This document shows positions 37,187-46,500 of a stretch of DNA of 64,000 nt, one piece after another. A program made the position numbers and the translations under genes. How positions within the stretch are numbered: position 1 is the first letter of the stretch; every line of letters starts with the position of its first letter. The DNA comes from Holophagales bacterium (GTDB lineage Bacteria; Acidobacteriota; Thermoanaerobaculia; Multivoradales; UBA5704): the NCBI GenBank assembly GCA_031390755.1, contig JANMTS010000105.1:64007-128006 (forward strand), given 5' to 3'. The notes under the pieces are model-generated. The model had not been told where the DNA came from. It searched no databases and was given only the letters and a program-made list of their open reading frames with translations.

Positions 37187-38644
37187 ATGGCCACTGCTCA
37201 GAAGCGAAAGCCCGAGCCGCAAGGGCTGCGCGACTTCCTTGACCGACAGGAGAAGGAGCGCCTTGTCGACATCCTGTTCAACCATGCCCAGGTGGACGAC
37301 CGCCTCCTCCGGAAGTTGACCCTCGAGCAGGGGAAGAGGGGAGGCCGGCAATCCGAGCTTGCCGCGGTGCGCCGCAACCTCGACGCCGCTTTCGACCCGG
37401 GGGATGTCTACTCCTACCGCGAGGTCAGTGGCTTCGCCGACAGGCTCGATGAGGCCGTGAACGACCTGGACGACCTGCTGAAGCAGGGAAAGGCCGAGGA
37501 GGTCATCGATCTGACAGAGCACGCCATCGGCTTGGCGGAGGAGGCCCTGGGGCAGGTGGACGACTCGGACGGAGAGGTGTACGGGGTGTTGGAGCGCCTC
37601 GGGGAGCTTCACCTCAAGGCGTGCAGGAAGGCGAAGCCCGACCCCGAGGATCTGGCGCGCCGACTCTTTGCCTTCGAGCTTCGGACAGATTGGGATTCGT
37701 TCAATGGAGCCGTGGACACCTACGCCGGCATCCTTGGAAAGAAGGGCTTGGTGGTCTACCGCGAGCTCGCTGAGGCCGAGTGGAAGAGGGTTCCGGCCCG
37801 CAAAGCAGGCGACTCTCCGGACTTCGGCGGCCCGCAGTGGCGTCTCGGTCAGATCCTGGAGCGGTTGGCCAGGTCTGCCGGCGACGTGGAAGCTCTGGTA
37901 GCGGTCAAGTCGCACGATCTCTCGCAGCCCTGGTTCTATCTCCAGATCGCCGAGATCTACAAGGACGCTGGAAAGAGAGACCTGGCCATCGAGTGGGCGG
38001 AGAAGGGCATCGGCGCATTTCCCAAGCGGACCGACCCCCGTCTGCGAAGCTTTCTTGCCGGCGAGTACGCGGCACACCGCAGTCACGGAAAGGCGGTCGA
38101 CCTCCTGTGGGCGAACTTCACCGATGCGCCCGGAATCGAGGCCTACAAGGAGCTCAAGAAACTGGCGGAGCGAGCCAGGGCATGGCCGGAATGGCGGGAG
38201 AAAGCCCTCGCCCTCCTCCGAGAGCGCGCGAAGAACGGGACATCCAGACCATCGGCTCCCCGATGGCCGCCGCTCAACCTTGGCCGGGGCCCGGCTTCAC
38301 AGTTGGTCGAGATCCTCCTCTGGGAGAAAAAGGTGGAGGATGCCTGGACATCGGCCCGGCAACTCGGTTGCTCGGAAGAGCTCTGGCTGCAGATGGCCAG
38401 GCTCCGGGAGCTGTCGCACCCGGAGGACTCTCTCGCCGTCTACCAGCGTCAAGCCGAGTCGGCCCTCCAGCAGCCGAGCCCGCGCGGATATGAGGCGGCG
38501 GCGGCTCGCCTGAAGCAGGTCCGGGACGTGATGACGCGTCTGGGGAAGACCCGCGAGCTCGCCGCCTATCTTGCCTCCGTGCGCCTCGCCAACAAGCGGA
38601 AGCGCAATTTCCTGAAGCTTCTGGATGCTGCCAGGCTGGGGTGA
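37187..38644 (+). CDS. hypothetical alpha-helical repeat protein (DUF6880-like?)
   Basis: ORF 36959..38644 trimmed to ATG 37187. 485 aa, helical, with lower GC and different codon usage than the flanks. The family name is only a recollection. Confidence 0.6.
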   Translation: MATAQKRKPEPQGLRDFLDRQEKERLVDILFNHAQVDDRLLRKLTLEQGKRGGRQSELAAVRRNLDAAFDPGDVYSYREVSGFADRLDEAVNDLDDLLKQGKAEEVIDLTEHAIGLAEEALGQVDDSDGEVYGVLERLGELHLKACRKAKPDPEDLARRLFAFELRTDWDSFNGAVDTYAGILGKKGLVVYRELAEAEWKRVPARKAGDSPDFGGPQWRLGQILERLARSAGDVEALVAVKSHDLSQPWFYLQIAEIYKDAGKRDLAIEWAEKGIGAFPKRTDPRLRSFLAGEYAAHRSHGKAVDLLWANFTDAPGIEAYKELKKLAERARAWPEWREKALALLRERAKNGTSRPSAPRWPPLNLGRGPASQLVEILLWEKKVEDAWTSARQLGCSEELWLQMARLRELSHPEDSLAVYQRQAESALQQPSPRGYEAAAARLKQVRDVMTRLGKTRELAAYLASVRLANKRKRNFLKLLDAARLG

Positions 38645-38707
38645 GGCCCGAGGGTCCGGTCAACCTTTCTCCCTCGAAGCCGTAGTCAGTCCAGGAGGTG
38701 TTGACCG

Positions 38708-38908
38708 ATGTGGACCTTTCTGGCCTGGCTCGCGCTCTTCCTTCTCTGTTGGCCACTCGCGCTGCCGGCGCTGGTTCTCTACCCCTTCGTGTGGCTTCTC
38801 TCCCTCCCGTTCCGGCTGGTGGGCATCACGCTGGACGCGGTCTTCGAGCTGCTCAAGGCGGTTCTCTTCCTGCCGTCCCGGCTTCTCGGGGCTCGGAGAG
38901 CATCATGA
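38708..38908 (+). CDS. small hydrophobic membrane protein
   Basis: ORF track, 66 aa, two TM helices. ATGA overlap with the next gene. Confidence 0.45.
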   Translation: MWTFLAWLALFLLCWPLALPALVLYPFVWLLSLPFRLVGITLDAVFELLKAVLFLPSRLLGARRAS

Positions 38909-39342
38909 AGAAGAGCGCATCCCAGGAAGGAAAGTCTCCGTCGCAGTTGATCGACGGGCGGATCGAGGAGCTTGGCGACTGGCGGGGCGAAATGCTCTCC
39001 CGGCTCCGCGCCTTGATCCATCAGGCCGCCCCCGAGGTGGTCGAGGAGTGGAAGTGGGGCGGTCCGGTTTGGTCTCACGACGGATTGATCTGCACCGGCG
39101 AGACGTACAAGAAGGCCGTGAAGCTGACCTTTGCCAAGGGAGCCTCGGTCGAGGATCCCTCAGGACTCTTCAACTCCAGCCTCGAAGGCAACACCCGGCG
39201 CGCCATCGACTTCCCCGAGGGCGCGGCGATCGACGAGAAGGCCTTCAAGGAGCTAATTCGCGCGGCTGTGAAGCTGAACAATCCCGCGGCTGAACTCGGA
39301 GGAGAGGAATCGTCTCCCTGTTTCTCTAAGCGAACCCTCTAA
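38905..39342 (+). CDS. DUF1801 (YdhG-like) domain protein
   Basis: Frame of ORF 38698..39342 trimmed to ATG 38905. ...LGDWRGEMLSRLRALI...EEWKWGGPVWSHDGLIC...KLTFAKGA is the DUF1801 pattern. Confidence 0.65.
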   Translation: MKKSASQEGKSPSQLIDGRIEELGDWRGEMLSRLRALIHQAAPEVVEEWKWGGPVWSHDGLICTGETYKKAVKLTFAKGASVEDPSGLFNSSLEGNTRRAIDFPEGAAIDEKAFKELIRAAVKLNNPAAELGGEESSPCFSKRTL

Positions 39343-39643
39343 CGCTCGCGTCCGGCAAATCGTTGGCCGAACCAAGTCCCACCTGATCTCTCTACGTGGC
39401 GACGACTTCCCCGTGGCGGGAATACCCGCAGTGGCACGATCTCATGGTCATCTGGCATTCAGCGCTTTGCGTTGGCCGCTTGCTCTCTGAAACGGCCATC
39501 GCGGACGCCTTCTGGGATACGTGTATCTGCCCGGATCGAGTCTGCCCCGACCTCACGCCACCCGATTAAGCCTAGAATGGGGTCTTTTACGGCAGAGCGA
39601 AGTTACTCGGTTGCTACGGGTCTGTTTCCCCAATGGAGGATCC

Positions 39644-42490
39644 ATGCTGGAGCCGGGCTTTACGTTTGTCCCCAAGGCAGTGGGAGAGTTGAGGAGTCCT
39701 AGAAAGGAAAGGATCGTCCGGGCTACTTTCTCGCCGGGAGGTCGCCTCTTGGCCGCGACCACGGATGCGGGCCAGATTCTGGTTTGGCGATGGGATGGTG
39801 AGGGTTATTCCCTCTCCGCCGAGAGTAAGACCATCGACGGTGGTAGCGTCAAGCCCTTATGCCTGGGTTGGTCGTCCAGGGCAAGCCTCCTCATCACTGG
39901 CTGGAGCGATGGTCTCCTGCGCGTCTACGACAGCAAGACCCTGGCGCTCGTCCGCCAATCTGAGGACGGCTCCGGCGGCGCCGTGCTCTGCTTGGCGGTT
40001 CATCCTCATAGCGCAGTCTTCGTTTCGGCCGCCGAGGGCGAGGGTGGACTCCGCGTTTGGAACGCAGCCAGGAAGAGGCTCCAGCCCATCCAAGAGGTCT
40101 CCGGCCCCGAGCAACAGACTTGGGGACTCTCCTGGCATCTCAGGGGAGGGCTCCTGGCTTCCTGCGGAGCCGACGAGAGGGTCCGGATCTGGCAGTATGA
40201 GGATAGATCGGACAAGCTTACTGAGAGCCAGCACATCGTCTCTCAGGCAAGGCAGGTCGTCTGGTCTCCCGATGCCGACCCTCTCCTCGCACACATCGAG
40301 CCCGCGGGGTGTCTCAAGCTGTGGCGGACCCGGCAGCGGGGGGCGGTCACCCTTCCTCACTCCGGAGAGGTCACTTCTGTCGTCTTCTCTCCCGACGGGT
40401 CGGTTTGCATTTCGAAGTCTTCCACGGGCCAGCTCCTCCTCTGGAGGTCGCCCTCCGGCGAGTTCCTTGAGTATATCGAGGAGAGAAAGATCACCTCCAT
40501 AGAGCCAGGCGGGCCACCTTTTCCAGCTGAGTTGGCGGTCCGCTCGGTCCAGGCACGGCCAGATTGGAACACTGAGGAACGCTCTGTCGCGCCTTCCGTC
40601 ACCCTTGCCTTCGATCTAGTCAACGCCGACCCGAGCGACCTCTGCCTCCGCATTTGGCGGCTTCGTCGAGAGGAGCGGGAGAGCCAGCCGCCGCCGCCAC
40701 GAGTTCGGGACTACGTTGTCACCTACCCTCAGCCGGGGACGCAGACAGTGGTCCAGGAGTCGATCCGTTTCTCGGGCCTCCAAGACCAAAAGGCCAGGGA
40801 GGATCAACTCGGATTCAAACCCTATGTCGAGGCCGTTGCCGACTTCCTCACCGACGCCGGAACGCGCCCGCCGCTCACCTTTTCGATCGAAGGGGAGTGG
40901 GGAGCTGGAAAGTCCTCCTTCATGGAGCAGGTTAGACAGCGAATCGAAGATAGGGAAGCCGGCAACCGGAAGGGGCCTCGGAGCCGGTTCCAGCGCCTCT
41001 GGCGAGGAAACCAGAGTCACATCCTCTCCTTCAATCTCTGGAGGCACGACAAAGAGGAATCTGTCTGGGCAGCCTTCGTCCTGGAACTCCTGCAGCAGCT
41101 CCGCCGGCAGTGCGGCCTCCCTCGCCGCCTTCTCGGCTGGGCCAATCTTTTCGTCTGGCGCCTTCAATGGACGAATGCTCTCTTCGGTTTTCTCCGGCTC
41201 GCTGCCTGGTTGATCATCATCGTGCTAGGCGCGATTGTCGTCTCGAACCTCCCGACTCAAACGCTGAGGCCCACCCAGACGCCGACTGCCGTGGACGATT
41301 CCACCAAAATACAGGAAGTCATCGATTCAATCGGGGATGCCCTCGACTCGCCCGAGAGCCTAGCGGTGCTCGTCCTCGTGGTTACGCTCCTGCTGAACGC
41401 CAAGCAACTCCTCGGGAACCCTTTGGATCTAGAGATCGGAAAGTACCTACGGTCCTCGGACTGGGAGAACCGAACCGCTTTTGTTGAACGCTTTCACAAG
41501 GATTTCGACCAGATCGTCCAGGCCTATGCTGGAAAAAAGAGGGTCTACGTCTTCGTCGACGACCTCGACCGGTGCGATGTCCCGCGAGCGGCCGACCTCA
41601 TGCAGGCGATCAACCTACTGATCTCCGAGAACCCGAACCTCCTCTTTATCTTAGGAATGGACCGGCAGAAGGTGGCGGCGGGCCTCGCGGTGAAATTCGC
41701 GAAGATCCTTCCCTATCTGCGGACGGAGGCGGTCCCCCAGGGCTACGGCCCGGCTGAGGGCCTGGTCTACGGATACGAGTTCATCGAGAAGTTCATTCAA
41801 ATTCCCTTCCAGCTCCCCCGCCCCTCCCGCGCGGACCTCACGAGATTCCTTCGTTCCCTCAGTCCTTCTGCAGACACCGGTGCCCCGACGGACCTGATCG
41901 ATCCCGGCCAAGAAGAACCGGAGTGGTCCGAAGATCTCGACCAGCCGACGCTTCCTCCTATGCCCCACCCTGCTCAGGATCCAACCGGACCTGGTTCCTC
42001 CATGCACTCCCTTCCGGCCGACAGGACCGTCCCGGCCCAACTGCCGACTCGGGAGGAATTGAGTCTCGCCATCGGCTTCGACTCAGGAATCGTTAGGGAG
42101 ACCGTCCTTCTCGTGGCCCCGGCTCTCGGTAACAACCCACGCCGGATCAAGCAATTCATCAATTCATTCCGGCTTCGTGCCTTCCTCGCCTATCATACGG
42201 GCCTGCTTGCCGGGCGGGAGAGCCATCCAGACAAGGTCACCTTCTACCAGCTTGGCAAGCTGGTAGTGTTGAGCCTGCGCTGGCCCCTCCTCCTAGCCGA
42301 GTTGCACGAGCGCCCCAACCTCCTTCGCAAGCTGGAAGCGGCTGCCACCGATCCGACCTATCTCCCTGGTGATTCGGAAAAGCGTTGGACGAATCAACCG
42401 CGACTCATGGCCCTGCTCCGCTCCCGGAGCTCCTCGCCCCACAAGAACCTGGCCTCATTGGACGTCAAACTCTTGCTGCGGATCTCTTGA
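39644..42490 (+). CDS. WD40 beta-propeller fused to a KAP-family P-loop NTPase (membrane-inserted)
   Basis: ORF 39521..42490 trimmed to ATG 39644 (GGAGGA RBS). About 7 WD-like blades (…GQILVWRWD, DGLLRVYD, GGLRVWN, DERVRIWQ, GCLKLWR, GQLLLWR, CLRIWRL). Walker A GEWGAGKSSF (~40893-40919). Two TM helices are inserted before Walker B VYVFVDDLDRC (~41543-41575). Confidence 0.85.
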   Translation: MLEPGFTFVPKAVGELRSPRKERIVRATFSPGGRLLAATTDAGQILVWRWDGEGYSLSAESKTIDGGSVKPLCLGWSSRASLLITGWSDGLLRVYDSKTLALVRQSEDGSGGAVLCLAVHPHSAVFVSAAEGEGGLRVWNAARKRLQPIQEVSGPEQQTWGLSWHLRGGLLASCGADERVRIWQYEDRSDKLTESQHIVSQARQVVWSPDADPLLAHIEPAGCLKLWRTRQRGAVTLPHSGEVTSVVFSPDGSVCISKSSTGQLLLWRSPSGEFLEYIEERKITSIEPGGPPFPAELAVRSVQARPDWNTEERSVAPSVTLAFDLVNADPSDLCLRIWRLRREERESQPPPPRVRDYVVTYPQPGTQTVVQESIRFSGLQDQKAREDQLGFKPYVEAVADFLTDAGTRPPLTFSIEGEWGAGKSSFMEQVRQRIEDREAGNRKGPRSRFQRLWRGNQSHILSFNLWRHDKEESVWAAFVLELLQQLRRQCGLPRRLLGWANLFVWRLQWTNALFGFLRLAAWLIIIVLGAIVVSNLPTQTLRPTQTPTAVDDSTKIQEVIDSIGDALDSPESLAVLVLVVTLLLNAKQLLGNPLDLEIGKYLRSSDWENRTAFVERFHKDFDQIVQAYAGKKRVYVFVDDLDRCDVPRAADLMQAINLLISENPNLLFILGMDRQKVAAGLAVKFAKILPYLRTEAVPQGYGPAEGLVYGYEFIEKFIQIPFQLPRPSRADLTRFLRSLSPSADTGAPTDLIDPGQEEPEWSEDLDQPTLPPMPHPAQDPTGPGSSMHSLPADRTVPAQLPTREELSLAIGFDSGIVRETVLLVAPALGNNPRRIKQFINSFRLRAFLAYHTGLLAGRESHPDKVTFYQLGKLVVLSLRWPLLLAELHERPNLLRKLEAAATDPTYLPGDSEKRWTNQPRLMALLRSRSSSPHKNLASLDVKLLLRIS

Positions 42491-42567
42491 TCGGCCTGAT
42501 GTCGTCCCCAGGAGAAGAACGTGGAATTGAGACGACTTGACTATCGCGGCATCGACTCGCTCGGCGT

Positions 42568-42852
42568 CTACAGGCCGCCGCATTCCGCTGCCCGCTCGAA
42601 GCTGACCAGTCTCCGCACGAGAGCGTTGTATCGGGAATGAGCCGAGTCTGTTCCCGAGCTGGCGAGGAGCTCGTAGAGGCGGTGCTCCGCAGTCGGGATG
42701 ACCTGGTCGGGCACGGGGAGGCCGATCCGTCGGAGTCGGGGAGCCCCGATCGACACCAGCAGGGCGGGGATCGACTCGATGCCACGAACGAGATCGGCGA
42801 GCCCTTCCTCCACCAGATCCCCTCCCGGCAATGCGTGCAGATTCAGAGCCAT
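42568..42852 (-). CDS. hypothetical 94-aa protein
   Basis: ORF 42568..43212 trimmed to ATG 42852-42850 (MALNLHALPGG...). The upstream part of the ORF is the repeat array. Confidence 0.45.
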   Translation of the reverse strand: MALNLHALPGGDLVEEGLADLVRGIESIPALLVSIGAPRLRRIGLPVPDQVIPTAEHRLYELLASSGTDSAHSRYNALVRRLVSFERAAECGGL

Positions 42853-42928
42853 TCCGAGAGTATAGGGTCCGCGAACTGCCCAGGGGCCGACCACGTCCAG
42901 CGGGAGTCTGTCCGCGACGTGCAACCGA

Positions 42929-43440
42929 GGGAAAGGCGCTTTCCCCGCATCCGGCGCCGCGCCGGACGCATCCGCCGTGATGCCGGAAGCTTCCGCCGTC
43001 ATGACGGACGCGTACGGGACCACGACGGAAGCGTCAGCCGTCATGCCGGACGCGTACGGGACCGCGCCGGAAGCTTCAGCCGTCACGACGGACGCGTACG
43101 GGACCGCGACGGTAGCTTCCGCCGTCATGACGGACGCGTACGGGACCGCGCCGGAAGCTTCAGCCGTCAAGCCGGACGCGTACGGGACCACGACGGAAGC
43201 TTCCGCCGTCACGACGGATGCAACGGGGCCGCGACGGAAGCTTCAGCCGTCACGACGGACGCGTACGGGACCACGACGGAAGCTTCAGCCGTCACGACGG
43301 ATGCAACGGGACCGCGACGGGAGCTTCCGCCGTCATGCCGGACGCGTACGGGACCACGCCGGAAGCTTCCGTCGTCATGCCGGATGCGTACGGGACCACG
43401 GCGGAAGCGACCGGCGCCGTGCCGGAGATCGCTGGAAAGG
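42929..43440. repeat. tandem array 2: ten 41/42-nt units GGAAGCTTC(C/A)GCCGTCA(T/C)GACGGACGCGTACGGGACC(A/G)CGAC plus degenerate end units; terminal hairpin GGGAAAG-gcg-CTTTCCC at the left end
   Basis: Unit starts at 42985, 43027, 43069, 43111, 43153, 43195, 43236, 43278, 43319, 43361 and 43403. Two units are 41 nt and the rest 42 nt. Confidence 0.92.
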
Positions 43441-43538
43441 TGTGCGGCTGGGATGGGCCGACCTCTTCCGGGGTCGCTCGTCGCCCGAGATGTCCTCCGG
43501 GGAGGCCAGAGTTGCGGGGCCTGATATCCTTCGGGGCC

Positions 43539-46500
43539 ATGCGCAACATGACGCGGTTTCTTCTTTCGCTCCTCCTCGTTCCTGCCTTCGCGCAGGCCGA
43601 GGTTCTCCCCTGCATGCCCTGCGCGGGCGTCCGGTTCGAGCCCGTTCAGTCCCTTCCCGTAGCGGCAGCCGAGACGTTTCGGCCCGGGCCGATCGCGGAA
43701 GCTCAGCCGTCCTCCGCTCCGATGACGATGTCGAACCCGGCCGAGCTTCCGGGTCTGCTGGCTCAGGCGAAGCTGGAGAAGGGGAGTCCCCTCTTCGTGG
43801 CCTGGGATGTCCAGCTCGACGGGACGGCGGGTCCGGATGCCAATCCAGGGGACACGGCGGCCCGCATCGTCGAGGCCGGCGGCACGCCCTGGATCTCCCT
43901 GGTGTTTCACACTCCGGCTCCGGTCGCCCAGAACGCCGAGCGGCTCCAGGCCGAGCTGCGCGCCGCGGTCGCGGTGGCCGCAGCGGCTCCTCCCCAGGCT
44001 TGGTTCCAGATCGTCTGGCGGCCCGACGGCCTGGAGGGGCAGCCGGAGGGGCAGATCGCGGCGGCCGACTATGCGTTCCTCCTGAAGCGCGCGGCCGTGG
44101 CGATCACCGGCGCCCGCTCCGAAGTTCGCGTGGCGACCGGTCCCCTGCCCGCCGATCCGGCGTTCCTGGAGGCGTTCTACGGTGAGGAGGTCACGGCCTA
44201 CCTGGATGCGGTCGCCCTTCAGCCCGCGGCGGCCGAGGCTCTGACCAGGGCTTCGGAGGCTGTCGAGCGGCTCGATCCGGGCCGGCCGGTGGTGCTTGAT
44301 GCCGTGCCCATGCCGGCCGCCGCGGGCGAGATCCTGTCGGACTCCGCGCGCAACGCGGTGCGCGGCATCGGATTGACGCTGTTCCGGACCACCCTGGTCA
44401 ACGGCCAGACGCTCTCGCCGCTCGCGCTGCTGGCCCGGGAATTCGCCGGCGACGTCTCCTACGGCGCTGGCGACGTGCCCACCGGCGCCCAGGAGGCGTG
44501 GACGTTCGTGCGCGGCAAGGATTACTCGTTGCGCGTCATCGCCCTGGCTCCCCCGGGTGCGAGCGAGCTGGCGCTGCGGTTCTCCGATCCCTATCTGCGG
44601 CGGCCGACCCGGTTCCCGTACACGTTCGACAAGGTCGGGGCTCCGCAGGGAGACGCCCAGGAGAAGGGGCTCGTGGTGCGGCTCGACAACCCCGGCCGCG
44701 TGGCGGTGATCGGGCTTGAACGAGCCACCGCCGCCGAGCGCGAGGGGGTCGAGGAGAAGGTCGACGTGGCCACGGCGCGCGAGATGCCGGTCGAGGAGAT
44801 CCTCCGCCGGCTCCAGGCGTTCGAGGACGCGCAGGACCGCAAGCTCGATCACTACCAGGCGATCAACACCACCCACCTGCGGTTCCAGCCGGCGGCAGGC
44901 ACGCAGACCTTCGAGGCCACGCTCCAGGGACCGTTCTTCGTGGGTGACACGACGGGCTCGGACTGGGCCTGGCAGACGCTCTACGTCAACGGCGTGAAGT
45001 GGCGCAGCAAGTCGATCCCCGAGATCCCGCTCGTGCAGCCGGAGAAAGCTGCGGCCCTGCCGCTCCAGATCCTGTTCACCAAGCAGTACCGCTACCGGCT
45101 GCGCGGCACCGACACGGTCGACGGCCGCGACGCCTGGGTGATCGACTTCGCTCCGGCCGGACCGGGCGAGCCGGGCAAGCTCTACCAGGGCAGCGTCTGG
45201 GTCGACCGGCAGATCTACGCCCGGCTGCGCACCCGCGCCGTCCAAGTCGGCCTGGAAGGCGAGGTCATCTCGAACGAGGAGACGATGACCTACTCCCCGA
45301 TCGACGCCCAGGGCCAGCCCGCGCCTTGGTCAGGCGAGAGCTACGTGCTGCCGCTGCACATCGTGGCCCAGCAGATCCTCTCGGTTGTGAATGCCACGAC
45401 GGTCGTGGAGCGCGAGACCGTGCTCTCGGAGGTGAAGGTCAACGCCGCGGACTTCGACGAGAAGCGCGCCGCGATCGCCGACACCGACGTGACCATGGTG
45501 CGCGACACGGACAAGGGGCTGCGGTATCTGGTGAAGGAGGAGGGCTCCGAGGAGCGCGTGGTCAAGGAAGGGTTCGACAAGAGCAAGCTCTTCCTGGCTG
45601 GCGGCGCGTTCTACGACGACGCGCTCGACTACCCGCTGCCGCTGGCGGGCGTGAACTACTTCAACTTCGACTTCCGCGGCACGGGCAAGCAGCTGAACGT
45701 TTTCTTCGCCGGCGCGCTGCTCACCGCCAACGTGGCCGAGCCGCGGCTCTTCGGCAGCAAGTTCGACCTCGGCGCGCAGGCGTTCGCCGTGGCGGTTCCG
45801 TTCAGCGACAGTCTTTACCGGGACGGCGAGGAGATCACCGGCGAAGAGGTGGACGTGCGCACCGCGAAGCTCGGCGTGAAGCTCGGCCGGCCGCTCGGGA
45901 GCTTCGTGAAGATCGGGCTCGACTACGACGTCCTCTTCCTCACCTACGGCGACACGGACAACACGGCCGACGGCTACGTGCCGCCGACCGACAACCAGAC
46001 CCACTCCCTGGAAGGCACGTTCAGCTTCTCGCGCGGCGGCTACGGCTTCCGCGCCAATGCGGGTTTGAGCCGGCGCTCGGAGTGGGAGCCCTGGGGCTTC
46101 GCGGGGAACCCGGACTACAGCGCGGACAAGGACGAGTTCATGCGCTGGGGCGCCCGGCTGAGCAAGAACTGGTATCTGCCGAAGTTCCAGAAGATCGGCG
46201 CCGAGGTCGACTATGTCTCGGGCTCGGACCTGGACCGGTTCAACAAGTACCAGTTCGGGTTCTTCGGCAGCACGCGCGTCCACGGCTATCAGTCGAACCG
46301 GGTGCGGGCGGAAGAAGCGCTGGCCGTTCACGGAACCTACGGCTTCGAGATCGGCCAGGCGCTGCGGCTCGACGCGGTGGGCGACGTGGCCTGGGCCACG
46401 GACGAGGCGACGGGGCTCGACAACGAGATGCTGGCGGGCGTGGGCATCGCCGGGACGTTCATCGGCCCGTGGCAGACGGTGGTGAACCTGGACGTGGGCG

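Noticed and set aside
39343-39643. Structured RNA or small gene in the 300-nt gap upstream of the WD40-KAP gene (ORFs 39472..39702 and 39553..39762)
   Set aside because: There are only weak, short hairpins and one TAGAAT box. The ORFs overlap the KAP gene's start region and have no RBS or protein-like composition. This is most simply a promoter/5'-UTR region.
42568-43212. Protein with 14-aa tandem repeats TAEASxxVPYASxx fused to the 94-aa C-terminal domain
   Set aside because: Two 41-nt units break the frame further into the array. The homologous array 1 is not in any continuous frame, and all frames are open simply because the unit lacks stop triplets. I cannot exclude translation of the first few units, hence the low confidence on the 94-aa gene's start.
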